A DNA stretch of 62,720 bases, filler included, from Eubacteriales bacterium (lineage in GTDB: Bacteria; Bacillota; Clostridia; Oscillospirales; CAG-382), in assembly GCA_045636665.1 (NCBI GenBank). It is 5 parts of 5 records of this genome, joined end to end, with 100 filler letters (N's around TTAATTAATTAA, not from the genome) between each part and the next. Parts side by side here need not be neighbours in the genome. Positions count along the whole stretch, not along the records: positions 24,017 to 44,421 come from JAZTXY010000068.1; positions 44,522 to 48,973 come from JAZTXY010000069.1; positions 49,074 to 57,350 come from JAZTXY010000073.1; 2 more parts are not named here. One strand, given 5' to 3'. Position numbers and translations under genes: made by a program. A model generated the notes under the pieces. It had not been told where the DNA came from. It ran no database searches and was given only the letters and a program-made list of their open reading frames with translations. This document shows, piece by piece, positions 42,344-52,790 of this stretch; positions within the stretch are counted from its first letter, which is position 1; each line of letters begins with the position of its first letter.

Positions 42344-43588
42344 ATGAACAAGAAACAACAGTTAATCGAACAATTCGAAAAATATAAGGCAATGGGTCTT
42401 AAGCTCGATATGTCGCGCGGTAAGCCCTCTGCAGAGCAGGTTTCTACAATGGAACGTCTTCTTACTGCGGTAAAGACCAATGAAGAATGCTTTTCCGAAA
42501 CCGGAAGCGACTGCCGTAACTATGGCGGTCTTGACGGCATAAACGAAATGAAGCGCCTGCTTGGTGAAATGCTCGGCGTCGGCTCCGACCATATTATCGT
42601 TGGCGGTAACTCGAGCTTGAACCTTATGTACGATACGGTTGCACGCTGTATGCTTCACCCCGTTGAAGACGGCTGTAAGCCTTGGTCGAAATACGAGCAA
42701 ATCACCTTCCTTTGTCCCGTACCCGGTTATGACAGACATTTTGCTATCTGCGAATTTTTCGGTATCAAAATGATCAATATACCTCTTAACCAGGACGGCC
42801 CCGATATGGATATGGTTGAAAAGCTTGTTTCGACCGATGAAACTGTAAAGGGTATGTGGTGTGTGCCCAAGTATTCTAACCCCTCGGGCTATACATATTC
42901 CGCAGAAACCGTTCGCAGAATAGCTTCGATGAAGCCTGCGGCAAAGGATTTCCGTGTGTTCTGGGATAATGCTTACGTGCTTCACGATCTTACCGATCTT
43001 CCCGATGAGCTTGTCGAAATCTTCTCTGAAGCAGAAAAATACGGCAACGAGGATATGTTCTTTGAATTTGCATCCACCTCGAAGATAACCTTCCCCGGCT
43101 CGGGTATCTCCTGCATCGCCGCAAGCCCGCGCAATATCAAGCGCATCCTTAACGCGTTGAAGATTCAGACCATCGGCCACGATAAGCTCAATCAGCTCCG
43201 TCACTCGCGCGTGTTCAAGTGCTATGACGATATCGTAGCGCAGATGAAGGTTCATATGAACATCATCCGCCCCAAGTTCCAAATCATTTACGAAGCGTTT
43301 GAAAACGGCTTTGAGGGCTATGATAACGTTACCTGGACCATCCCCAACGGTGGTTACTTCTTCTGTCTTTCGCTCCCCAACGGCACTGCAAAACGCACCG
43401 TTGAGCTTTGCAAGGAGGCAGGTCTTATCGTTACTCCCGCAGGCGCGATGTTCCCCTACGGTATCGACCCCGAGGACAGCAAATTGCGTATCGCTCCCAC
43501 CTTCCCGTCCTGCGATGAGCTTGCCGTCGCCGCCGACCTTTTAACCGTCTGCGCACGTCTTGCTATCGAAGAAAAATACGGCGAATAA
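42344..43588 (+). CDS. PLP-dependent class I/II aminotransferase (aspartate aminotransferase-like)
   Basis: LDMSRGKP, WCVPKYSNP, WDNAY, STSKITFPG (PLP lysine), LRIAP. Confidence 0.9.
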   Translation: MNKKQQLIEQFEKYKAMGLKLDMSRGKPSAEQVSTMERLLTAVKTNEECFSETGSDCRNYGGLDGINEMKRLLGEMLGVGSDHIIVGGNSSLNLMYDTVARCMLHPVEDGCKPWSKYEQITFLCPVPGYDRHFAICEFFGIKMINIPLNQDGPDMDMVEKLVSTDETVKGMWCVPKYSNPSGYTYSAETVRRIASMKPAAKDFRVFWDNAYVLHDLTDLPDELVEIFSEAEKYGNEDMFFEFASTSKITFPGSGISCIAASPRNIKRILNALKIQTIGHDKLNQLRHSRVFKCYDDIVAQMKVHMNIIRPKFQIIYEAFENGFEGYDNVTWTIPNGGYFFCLSLPNGTAKRTVELCKEAGLIVTPAGAMFPYGIDPEDSKLRIAPTFPSCDELAVAADLLTVCARLAIEEKYGE

Positions 43589-43600
43589 TTAAAGCATAAG

Positions 43601-43632
43601 AAAAAAGCTTGCCCGATAAGGCAAGCTTTTTT
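43601..43632. terminator. Bidirectional terminator between convergent genes
   Basis: AAAAAAGCTTGCC-N6-GGCAAGCTTTTTT. Confidence 0.85.
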
Positions 43633-43635
43633 GTG

Positions 43636-44421
43636 TTATTGTGCTTCTGCAACGCACTCTTTTAAAATGCGAACAAGCTCGGAGCTTTCATTTGAAAGGT
43701 CGCTTAGTTCATAAAAACACATATGGTTTTCAAATTCCGGCTTTAGTTTTTCGTATTCGTCTGATGAAGGAAGTTGATCTTTTTCAAGGACATAATTAGA
43801 TAAGGCGTTTGCCATAAATATATGATCTTCGATTTTAAAACAAATCTCATAGTTGACTTCGCCTGCATAGCGCACAATGTACATATCTACACCTTCTTTG
43901 GTGTATTTATATGCTTTTGTGCCCGTTGCTTTGTTAAATTCTTCGATTGAGTTGTATATATCTATTTTATCCTTGCCCCATTGACCAACGTACACTCTCC
44001 ATGGCTCAAGATCTTTTTCTTCTGCTGACAAAGGATAAACGTTTAAATATGCTTTGAGAGAAATAACAGAATAGTGGTCGTCATGAGGTATGATTGATGT
44101 AATCTCGAAGTTTTGGAATAGCTTTGAAAGATCTATCAGTTTCGGATATGCCGTCGAATAGTCTGATATAAAATTTTCTATGCTGTCATAAAGGGATTGG
44201 GAGGTTTCTGAAATAATTACATCGGATTCGTTTGATGAAAAATTCGATTCGTTATAATCGGAATCCGAATAATAGCTTGTATTGAGGTCGTCCGAATTTT
44301 GTGAAATGCGGGAAATATCAGAAATGGATTCGCTTGTAATATCTTGAATGTTTTCTTGGGGTGCACAAGCCGCAACCGATAAACATAAAAATACGGATAG
44401 AGAGAAAATAAGCGATTTTTT
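43636..44421 (-). CDS. Hypothetical lipoprotein (start codon cut by contig edge)
   Basis: Frame open from 44421: KKSLIFSLSVFLCLSVAAC lipobox, Ser-rich linker, continues into the 131-aa ORF in the track. Confidence 0.75.
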   Translation of the reverse strand, partial: KKSLIFSLSVFLCLSVAACAPQENIQDITSESISDISRISQNSDDLNTSYYSDSDYNESNFSSNESDVIISETSQSLYDSIENFISDYSTAYPKLIDLSKLFQNFEITSIIPHDDHYSVISLKAYLNVYPLSAEEKDLEPWRVYVGQWGKDKIDIYNSIEEFNKATGTKAYKYTKEGVDMYIVRYAGEVNYEICFKIEDHIFMANALSNYVLEKDQLPSSDEYEKLKPEFENHMCFYELSDLSNESSELVRILKECVAEAQ

Positions 44422-44521
44422 NNNNNNNNNNNNNNNNNNNNNNNNNNNNNNNNNNNNNNNNNNNNTTAATTAATTAANNNNNNNNNNNNNNNNNNNNNNN
44501 NNNNNNNNNNNNNNNNNNNNN
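44422..44521. other. Artificial contig linker
   Basis: N44-TTAATTAATTAA-N44. Confidence 0.99.
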
Positions 44522-44571
44522 GGAGTTGATGTGATGTGTTGTCTTTCCTAAGACCGCTTGGCCTCCGACTT
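44522..44571 (-). other. Untrimmed MGI/DNBSEQ sequencing adapter with 10-nt barcode
   Basis: Minus strand AAGTCGGAGGCCAAGCGGTCTTAGGAAAGACAA-CACATCACAT-CAACTCC. Confidence 0.95.
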
Positions 44572-44755
44572 CTTCATTTGCAACAGCGCCGATTATCGGA
44601 CGTTCTTCGGGAGTGAGAGAGCCCATACCGCGCAAAATTGCGGTAAGAGCGCCTTTCTTACCAAGATATTTTATTCTTATATCTTCAAGCGAGGTTTCCG
44701 CCGCGGCAATTTCTGCCACTGCGGTTGCTCTGATAGATTCAAGTTGTGCTTTCAT
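44572..44755 (-). CDS. pheS: Phenylalanine--tRNA ligase alpha subunit, N-terminal fragment
   Basis: [24 protein letters not shown] coiled-coil arm; truncated by adapter/contig end. Confidence 0.88.
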
Positions 44756-44774
44756 AGTTTTTACCTTTCACGGA

Positions 44775-45878
44775 TTATTCAAGATAGTCCTTAAGTTTTT
44801 TAGATCTGCTGGGATGACGGAGCTTACGCAATGCCTTTGCTTCGATCTGACGGATACGTTCACGGGTGATGTCAAACACCTTACCAACCTCTTCAAGGGT
44901 GCGAGGTCTTCCGTCTTCAAGTCCGAAACGCAATTTAAGAACCGCTTCTTCACGGGGAGTGAGGGTGTGAAGAACTTCCAAAAGATGCTCGCGAAGCATT
45001 TGATAGGATGCAGCATCAGCAGGCGCAGGAGTATTGTCATCGGCAATAAAATCGCCAAGATGCGAATCTTCTTCTTCGCCGATAGGCATTTCGAGCGATA
45101 CGGGCTCTTGAGCGATCTTTAAGATATCGCGAACCTTATCGACGGGCATATCCATTTCCTTTGCGATTTCTTCATCAAGAGGATCTCTTCCCTTTTCCTG
45201 AAGAAGCTGACGCGAAACACGAAGAACCTTATTGATGGTTCCAACCATATGAACGGGGATTCTGATGGTTCTCGCTTGGTCTGCAATAGCGCGGGTAATC
45301 GCTTGGCGAATCCACCACGTTGCATAAGTAGAGAACTTAAAGCCCTTGCCGTGGTCAAACTTTTCAGCCGCCTTCATAAGACCCAAATTACCCTCTTGAA
45401 TAAGGTCGAGGAAGAACATACCGCGGTTTACATAACGTTTTGCGATACTAACAACCAAACGAAGGTTTGCTTCCACCAATTGCTGCTTTGCGGCAAGATC
45501 GCCGTTGGACATACGGTTGGCGAGCTCGAGCTCTTTTTCGGCAGAAAGAAGGGGAACTTTACCGATTTCTTTAAGATACATTCTTACGGGGTCGTCGATA
45601 GAAACGCCTTCCTGAGTCAACAGCGTGTCGACATCTTCGGGAGTTTCTTCGAAATCCTCGCTTTCGATATCCTCTTCGGAAATATCGAATACAACGTCGG
45701 CGTGTTCGGTCGCGATTTCGATACCGTTGCGTTCGAGTGCTTCGCAGACCTTATTGATCTTTTCGATACTCAAATCGGTATCGGCGACTGTAGCAAGAAT
45801 TTCGGCAACCTTTATCGTGCCTTTATTCTTTGCCTCGTCGATTTGCTCTTGGGTAAATGCGGACAAATCTTTATCCAT
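44775..45878 (-). CDS. rpoD: Primary sigma factor RpoD/SigA
   Basis: [41 protein letters not shown]. Confidence 0.98.
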   Translation of the reverse strand: MDKDLSAFTQEQIDEAKNKGTIKVAEILATVADTDLSIEKINKVCEALERNGIEIATEHADVVFDISEEDIESEDFEETPEDVDTLLTQEGVSIDDPVRMYLKEIGKVPLLSAEKELELANRMSNGDLAAKQQLVEANLRLVVSIAKRYVNRGMFFLDLIQEGNLGLMKAAEKFDHGKGFKFSTYATWWIRQAITRAIADQARTIRIPVHMVGTINKVLRVSRQLLQEKGRDPLDEEIAKEMDMPVDKVRDILKIAQEPVSLEMPIGEEEDSHLGDFIADDNTPAPADAASYQMLREHLLEVLHTLTPREEAVLKLRFGLEDGRPRTLEEVGKVFDITRERIRQIEAKALRKLRHPSRSKKLKDYLE

Positions 45879-47682
45879 TTTTATCCTCCTGTATGTTGGA
45901 CTTTTTATTTTTAATCAAATCAAGGTATTCGGCAAGCGCGTTTGCCGGGTCGGATTCTATCTTTTCGTCGTATTTATTTCTTTCACGAAGCTGTTTTAAC
46001 GACGAAATATGCGCGTTTAATGCGTTTAAGGTTATATCGCCGAGCTCAAGACGCGCGACACGGCAATTTTCAAGTGCGCCTATTTCACGCGGGGAGAATA
46101 TGCCGTCTTTGGAAAGCACGACTTCCCTGCCTTCGGCAAAATCATCTTTGAACGCTTCGAAAAATTTTCTGTTCAACGCAGTTGCAAAATCATCCGCAGT
46201 CAACTGCTTGACCGCTTCCTTTGCAAAATCGCTTCTGATAAGCATTAAGCCGAGAATCGATTCCTCGTGCGATGCTTCTGACGAAAAACGAAGCTTATCC
46301 GAATTTACGTTTCCGCCGAAGCCGCTTTGCTCACGCAGAGCGTTATTAATAACCGTTTTTTTGAATTTAGCATCCTGACGTTTTGCTTTACGTTCAACCT
46401 CGCTTCTGAGCGATTCGAAGGTTAACGACAGCTTTTCTGCCGCTCTTGAAGCGTAAACCTCTCGTTCGGGGCGCGAAGCAAGTGTTGCGATAAAATTCGT
46501 TATTTCTTCAACTGCGCGCAGTTTTTCTTCGGCAACGGAAATATCAAAGCGCGATATAATTTCTTCGATACGATAATCTATTTGTCCCGAGCTTCCCGTC
46601 AGCTTTGCGCGGAAGGCTTCGGCGCCGAACTTTTTGATAAATTCGTCGGGGTCCTTCGCTTCGGTGCCGAGGTTGATGATTTTCGTATCAACACCAACCT
46701 GATTAAGCAAATCAATACCTTTAAGCGTTGCTTTTCTGCCTGCTTTATCGATATCGTATGCTAAATAAACGGTGCGGCAATATCTTGCGATAATTCGCGC
46801 GTGTTCGCTTGTTATCGCAGTTCCGAGCGTTGCGATTGCATTATCAAAGCCCGCTTGGTGCATAGCGATTGCATCGGGTGACCCTTCGCAGAGCACCAAT
46901 GAACCGCTTTCGGAATTTTTTGCTATATTCAAGCCGAACAAAACGCGGCTCTTTTTGAAAACGGGTGTATCCGAGGTGTTGATATATTTCCGTTCATCCT
47001 CTTCGTTCAAGCGTCTTCCGCTGAATGCAACGACCTCGCCGTTGACGTCAAACACGGGAAACATTATTCGATTACGGAACATATCGTACATTCGGTTTGT
47101 TTTTTTACTTACGCCGCCCAAGAAAGCGGTTTGTATTTCAAGACTGTTAAAGCCCTTCGATGCGAGGTATTCGCAAAGAGGTGCTTTTCCGTAGGGTGAA
47201 TTCGGAGCATAACCGATTCCAAAGCGCTTCACCGTTGCAGAGGTGAATTGCCTTTTATCAAGATAGGCGCGAGCCGTTGCGCCTTCCTCGGAAAGCAGAG
47301 ATTTATAGAAAAACCTTGCCGCTTCGCGGTTTAATTCCAAAAGGCGTTCACGTTTTACAGCAGGTTCTTCACGCCGATTATTGTCGTAATTTTCTTCGAT
47401 TTTAATTCCTGCGCGTTTAGCCAAAAACTCAATCGCTTCGCGGTATTCTATATTTTCGGTCTGCATAACGAAGGTTACAACGTCGCCGCCTGCGCCGCAG
47501 CCGAAGCAATAATAGCTTGACGTTGCGGGAAAGACGGTAAACGACGGTGTGCGTTCGCTGTGAAACGGACAGTTGCCAACCAAATTACTTCCCGCGCGTT
47601 TTAAATTAACGACTCTGCCGATGACTTCTTCGATATTATTGCGAAGCTTTAATTCTTCGAGAAATTCGCGAGTGAATGCCAT
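45871..47682 (-). CDS. dnaG: DNA primase
   Basis: CPFH..CFGC zinc finger, [22 protein letters not shown] and YDID.AG. Confidence 0.97.
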   Translation of the reverse strand: MAFTREFLEELKLRNNIEEVIGRVVNLKRAGSNLVGNCPFHSERTPSFTVFPATSSYYCFGCGAGGDVVTFVMQTENIEYREAIEFLAKRAGIKIEENYDNNRREEPAVKRERLLELNREAARFFYKSLLSEEGATARAYLDKRQFTSATVKRFGIGYAPNSPYGKAPLCEYLASKGFNSLEIQTAFLGGVSKKTNRMYDMFRNRIMFPVFDVNGEVVAFSGRRLNEEDERKYINTSDTPVFKKSRVLFGLNIAKNSESGSLVLCEGSPDAIAMHQAGFDNAIATLGTAITSEHARIIARYCRTVYLAYDIDKAGRKATLKGIDLLNQVGVDTKIINLGTEAKDPDEFIKKFGAEAFRAKLTGSSGQIDYRIEEIISRFDISVAEEKLRAVEEITNFIATLASRPEREVYASRAAEKLSLTFESLRSEVERKAKRQDAKFKKTVINNALREQSGFGGNVNSDKLRFSSEASHEESILGLMLIRSDFAKEAVKQLTADDFATALNRKFFEAFKDDFAEGREVVLSKDGIFSPREIGALENCRVARLELGDITLNALNAHISSLKQLRERNKYDEKIESDPANALAEYLDLIKNKKSNIQEDKNG

Positions 47683-47716
47683 ATGCTCCTCCTTTCGCAA
47701 ATATCGTTAACATTCA

Positions 47717-48877
47717 TTAGAAATAGAATGCCGTTTCGGGCGGACGGATATCGGTCAATGCGCCCGTATAGTGACGGAGAGTGTGTTGCTGATAAGGATA
47801 TTTAAGGCATTCCTCTTCGTTAAGCTCGATACCCAAGCCGGGTTTATCGGGAATGTCGATATATCCGTCGTGATAATTAAGCGATTCGTTTGTAACGTCC
47901 TTGCGGTAAACGACGTCGCTGTACATAATTTCAAGTATCGAGAAATTGCGTGTACAAGCCGCCAATTGAAGCGTTGCCGCATTTGCGATAGGACCCGAGG
48001 GGTTATGCGGAGCAAACGGAATATAATATGCTTCGGCAAGTGACGCGATTTTTTTGAGCTCCATAATACCGCCTGCGTGGCTTACGTCGGGTTGGATAAA
48101 ATCAACTGCATCGAGTGCGAAAATATCCTTAAACGCGCGCAGACCGTAAAGTCTTTCGCCTGCCGAAATAGGCACGGGCGACTTATCGCGCACACGCTTC
48201 AAAGCGTGGATATCATCGGGAGGGGTGGGCTCTTCAAAGAATTTAGGCTTGAACTGTTCAAGCTCACGCGCAATTTTAATTCCCGTTTGAACGTCAAATC
48301 TGCCGTGGCCTTCGATTAAAAGCTCGACGTCGTTTCCGACCGCTTTTCTTACTTCATCGATACATTCAAGCGCGGTAGTAAGGTCTTTATTCGATATTTC
48401 AAGATAATTTTTGCCAAACGGGTCCCATTTCATTGCGGTGACACCGCGTTTTACGGCTTCTTTTGCCTTTTCGCCGAATTCCTTGGGTGTTTTTGCGCCC
48501 GAGAACCAACCGTTAACGTAGATTCTTACGGAATCGCGCATTTTTCCGCCCAAAAGCTGATAAACAGGCACACCGAGCGCTTTGCCTTTAATGTCCCACA
48601 AAGCCATTTCGATGCCCGAAACCGCCGACATAAGCACAGCGCCGCCGCGCCAATACGCATCGCGGTAGAGGTCGTGGGCGATAAGCTCGGTTTGCATAGG
48701 GTCCTTGCCCAAAATCGCTTCTTTAGCATGTTGAATAGCGCCCTCAAGCGCAAATTCTTTGTATTCAAGAGTAGCTTCACCGACACCGGTAATGCCTTCG
48801 TCGGTATATACCTTAACGAAAACCCAGTTTGTACGGAAGCAATCGACTATAAAGGTTTTTACATCTATAATTTTCAT
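47717..48877 (-). CDS. Galactonate dehydratase-like enolase-superfamily enzyme
   Basis: GVGEAT, ALWDIKGK..GVPVYQLLGG, HGRF, FEEP, GERL, QPD, PHNP. Confidence 0.85.
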   Translation of the reverse strand: MKIIDVKTFIVDCFRTNWVFVKVYTDEGITGVGEATLEYKEFALEGAIQHAKEAILGKDPMQTELIAHDLYRDAYWRGGAVLMSAVSGIEMALWDIKGKALGVPVYQLLGGKMRDSVRIYVNGWFSGAKTPKEFGEKAKEAVKRGVTAMKWDPFGKNYLEISNKDLTTALECIDEVRKAVGNDVELLIEGHGRFDVQTGIKIARELEQFKPKFFEEPTPPDDIHALKRVRDKSPVPISAGERLYGLRAFKDIFALDAVDFIQPDVSHAGGIMELKKIASLAEAYYIPFAPHNPSGPIANAATLQLAACTRNFSILEIMYSDVVYRKDVTNESLNYHDGYIDIPDKPGLGIELNEEECLKYPYQQHTLRHYTGALTDIRPPETAFYF

Positions 48878-48973
48878 AATTCAAACTCTCTGTAAATTTG
48901 AGGAATATATTTGTTTTTGTATTCGAAAATATTAGGGTCGATATCGTCAAGCATACCGAAATGCATCGGTATT
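48874..48973 (-). CDS. C-terminal fragment of an upstream gene, probably an MBL-fold hydrolase
   Basis: IPMHFGMLDD...EFEL*; TGA overlaps the dehydratase ATG. Confidence 0.5.
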
Positions 48974-49073
48974 NNNNNNNNNNNNNNNNNNNNNNNNNNN
49001 NNNNNNNNNNNNNNNNNTTAATTAATTAANNNNNNNNNNNNNNNNNNNNNNNNNNNNNNNNNNNNNNNNNNNN
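48974..49073. other. Artificial contig linker
   Basis: N44-TTAATTAATTAA-N44. Confidence 0.99.
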
Positions 49074-50989
49074 CCGCCAAATTCAAGCACCGTGCCGGTT
49101 CCCGCAACCTCGTCAAGTCCGACAACACTGCCGTCGAGCTTGTGCGCCGTAAATTCATCTGCACCGAATTCCTCCGCAAGCTCCGCTAACGTGTAACGTT
49201 CCTCACCGCAGAAAATATAATATTTTCCGTCGATTTCGCGTATGTCAAGTCTGCTCGATTCCTTCGGGCTTGGAATTACGCTTTCATAAGCATTCGGGTC
49301 GTAAACCGTCGAGCCGTCCAAAGCAAAAACGATTCCGTTTTCGTCAACTTCGAAATTTTTGTTTCCGCTTCTGAATCGAACGAATTCAAGCTCGTCGTTT
49401 CCGTCGAACGCGCCGTTTGCGATGTCTTTAACCTCGTTGCCGATTGTAATGCTTCTTATCGGCGAATCGATGTCGGCAAAAGCCGCCGAGGAAATTTCGG
49501 TAACGGGGTATATATTGCCGTTGACCGAAATGTAATCGGGAACAACGATTTCGGTATCATAGGTCAAAGTACCGCTTGAGTGATTGGCGTTGAGCTTATC
49601 GTAATAATCGCTCACGTATCCCATAAAACGAACCCAAAGCGTGCCGTCGTGAACGTATTTGCCGTTTTTATATCTCATCCATTCGGGACAGTTTTTGTTA
49701 GTGGTGTCGTTATGCTGAATGACAGCATCCTTTTTCAAGCCGTATCTTGTCAAAAGCTCTGCAACAAGCACCGCCGCGTTGCGAAGCGATTTGTCAAACC
49801 TATCGTTGACCCACGTTTCGTACTTTTCGCCCTCGAAAATAAAGCTGCCGTTAGATTTTCTCGGCGCGCCGTTAACGCAAATTTCAATTCCGATGCTTTC
49901 GTAATTAATGCCCGTGCCTGCGTGCCATCCGACAACCGAATCGGCAAGCGAATGATAAATCAAATTTTGGTCAACCGTGTAATGCCAACTCGTTTCCTCG
50001 GGTGTGGTGTGCATACGGCGGTTATAACGGACGGCATCGGTTTCTTCCTCAACCGTTCCCGTATTATGTATGACGATATATTTTATGTTATTCGGCACTC
50101 CCGAATAATTAATTCTGCCTTCGCCGATAAAATCGGTGTTGACCTTAACCGCGTTGTCTGTACCGATGCCGAGCACGTATCCGTTTTTATCGGAATTAAA
50201 ATCGGCATCGCTTTTTGATGCGATTGCTCGGTTATGCGTCGCGTTGTATCCCGTAACCGCCGCAGTGCCGTTCTTAACGGTGTACAAATTACCGTTAACG
50301 TCGAAAATCTTTCCGTCTGCGCGCTCGGTCGCATACTGTATTTCTTTATATGCCGCAGCGCCGACTTCGTTGATCCAAAAGGCGTGCTCGCTTTCGCTTT
50401 CGATAACCGCGCGCATATATTTCGCGGTCACACCGCTGTCGAGCGTCACGTTATATACCGCGGCGCAGTTTTCGGCGGTAACGTCGGTAAGCGTCTTTGC
50501 TTCGCCGATATTAATATAATCCTTGCCGTCGACCGAATAATAAAAGTTGATTTTACTCGGCATTTCCGCTCCGAGCTTGGGATTGCGGAACGCACGAAGA
50601 TAAAACCTGCTGACGTCACGGGCAACGTATCCGAAATCAATATCAACCGTCGCCGAAAAGCTTTTTGCGCCGTCATTGCCCTTGACCATCATCCAACCGA
50701 CAATCTCGTCGTTTGCGCTTTTTGCGGTGACCGAGGTATAAACACGGTCGGTAAGCATTTTTCCGTCGTCCCTTCCGCCGTCGTCAAAAGAAGCGTTAAC
50801 AAGCTTGACGGTATAATTGCCCATAGCGTAAATCGCTGTAAGCGTGCTGTTGCCTTCGTCGGGTGAGTTTTGTAAATCGGTCACAGCGCCTACCGAAGAA
50901 AAAGCAAATATTAACGTGCAAAGACAAAGCAAAATCGCAACAAAACGTCTGTAATAACCGAAAATACGACAAAATTCGCGTTTCTTCAC
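49074..50989 (-). CDS. Secreted modular Amidase_2 (discoidin-like domain, amidase, BspA-like LRR); 3' truncated
   Basis: GTG with GGAGG; signal peptide; IVIHNT, SWHYTVD, WHAG, IGIEIC, QHN...KNCP; VTEI...AF LRR. Confidence 0.82.
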
Positions 50990-51117
50990 AAAACCACCTC
51001 CGAGCATATTTTTATCATTATATAACAAAAACGTAACAAATTCAAGTATTATAAGGTATTTACAAATATTTTTATATGTGGTATAATATAGCAAATCACG
51101 AAGGGAGCAGATTAAAA

Positions 51118-52479
51118 ATGGACGAAAATCGCAAGGAAACAAAAAATACCGATAATTCTGCAACAGTTACCCGTCGAACCGTGACCATTTTTGCAATATG
51201 CATCGCCGCATTGCTTCTCGTCACGCAAATCGATGCGGTCAAAAGCACCCTTTCGTGGCTCGGCAACACGCTGTCCCCCATTTTGATCGGCGTTGTGCTT
51301 GCATACGTTATTAATCCGCTTTGTATGTTTTTCGAAAAGCGCTTTAAGCAGCTGTTTGCCAAATCGAAAAAAATAAGCGCAAAGACAAGACACCGTCTTT
51401 CGCGCGGCTTAAGCATATTGCTTTCGATTTTGTTTTTGATTGCCGTCATCGCGCTTTTGCTGTTTTTGATTATCCCCGAATTTTTGGACAGCTTTAAAAA
51501 GCTTATCGATATCGCGCCGTCACTTATTGAAAAGGCGGGCGATTGGCTTTCCGGCACCGTAGAATCGGATAATACCTTCGGTCAAAATATCGGTCAAGCG
51601 ATTGAAGGACTCCAGCAAACGATGACCGATTGGGTCGGCGGCACGCTTTCGTCGGTAATCGGCAGCTTGATTTCGGGCGCGACCGAAGCGGCATTGTTCG
51701 TTGTCGATTTGCTCGTTTCGTTCGTGGTTTGTGTCTATGCCTTGCTCGAAAAGAACCGCTTCCTCGGACAAATCAAAAAAATCATCTTTGCAATCTTTTC
51801 GCCCAAGCGCGCAAACGATATTCTCGGTGTTGCGCGTCACGGCAACAGTGTTTTCGGTAAATTCATCATCGGCAAGCTTATTTCCTCGACCATCGTCGGA
51901 ACGATAACGTTTTTGTTTATGACTGCCGTCGGTATGCCCTATGCGCTTCTTTCGGCAGGTGTTATCGCCGTTACAAACGTAATTCCGTTCTTCGGACCGT
52001 TCATCGGCGGTATTCCCACCGCGTTCATCATCCTGCTCACCGATGCCGAATACGGTATAATCTATATCATCTTCCTGCTTGTGCTTCAACAGCTTGAGGG
52101 CAATATTATCGAACCGATGATAATGGAAGACCGAACCGGTGTTTCGAAATTCTGGATAACGTCCGCAGTTATTTTCTTCGGCGGTGTGTTCGGTATCGCG
52201 GGTATGATTTTCTCCGTACCGATAATCGCAATCATTTTCTATGTGATACGCATCGCTGTCGAACGCAGTCTTGCCCGAAAAGGTATGCCCGTTGACAGTA
52301 TTACCTACCGCACCGTCGGCTCGGTCGATTCCGAAAGCGCTGTGCTTCTTCCCATTCCCGAGCAAGCACCTCGCAAAAAATTCCGCGACACTGTACGCGA
52401 ATGGCGTGACCGCATTACCAAAAAGGATAGGAAAGAATCCGAAAATGAGGAAGGCGAGGATAACAATGAAAAAGACTAA
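51118..52479 (+). CDS. AI-2E (PerM) family transporter
   Basis: AYVINP, NVIPFFGPFIG, QQLEGNIIEP motifs; multi-TM. Confidence 0.92.
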   Translation: MDENRKETKNTDNSATVTRRTVTIFAICIAALLLVTQIDAVKSTLSWLGNTLSPILIGVVLAYVINPLCMFFEKRFKQLFAKSKKISAKTRHRLSRGLSILLSILFLIAVIALLLFLIIPEFLDSFKKLIDIAPSLIEKAGDWLSGTVESDNTFGQNIGQAIEGLQQTMTDWVGGTLSSVIGSLISGATEAALFVVDLLVSFVVCVYALLEKNRFLGQIKKIIFAIFSPKRANDILGVARHGNSVFGKFIIGKLISSTIVGTITFLFMTAVGMPYALLSAGVIAVTNVIPFFGPFIGGIPTAFIILLTDAEYGIIYIIFLLVLQQLEGNIIEPMIMEDRTGVSKFWITSAVIFFGGVFGIAGMIFSVPIIAIIFYVIRIAVERSLARKGMPVDSITYRTVGSVDSESAVLLPIPEQAPRKKFRDTVREWRDRITKKDRKESENEEGEDNNEKD

Positions 52480-52708
52480 AATTTTATCGATTCTTGCGCT
52501 TGCAACGCTACTTGTTTTTACTCTTTCGCTTAATGCGCTTGCGGAAAGCTCCGCCGAGGAAACGGCGAATACCTTGAATTCCGACGAAACGGTTATGCTT
52601 GTCATCGCCGCCGTGCTTGTAATCTCGGCTGTCATTTCGGTCGTGCTGGTTAACAAAAGAACGAAAAAATACCGCCAAGCCTTCAAAAAACGCAAAAAGA
52701 AAAAATAA
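52466..52708 (+). CDS. Small membrane protein
   Basis: Signal peptide, second TM and poly-Lys tail; GAGGA RBS; overlaps the transporter stop. Confidence 0.65.
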   Translation: MKKTKILSILALATLLVFTLSLNALAESSAEETANTLNSDETVMLVIAAVLVISAVISVVLVNKRTKKYRQAFKKRKKKK

Positions 52709-52790
52709 TGCAAAAAAGTTAATAAAAAATGTGACAAAAAGAGTTTTTTCTTCGTCTTAATAGGTGAAACAACCGAAAGGAGACGTAATT

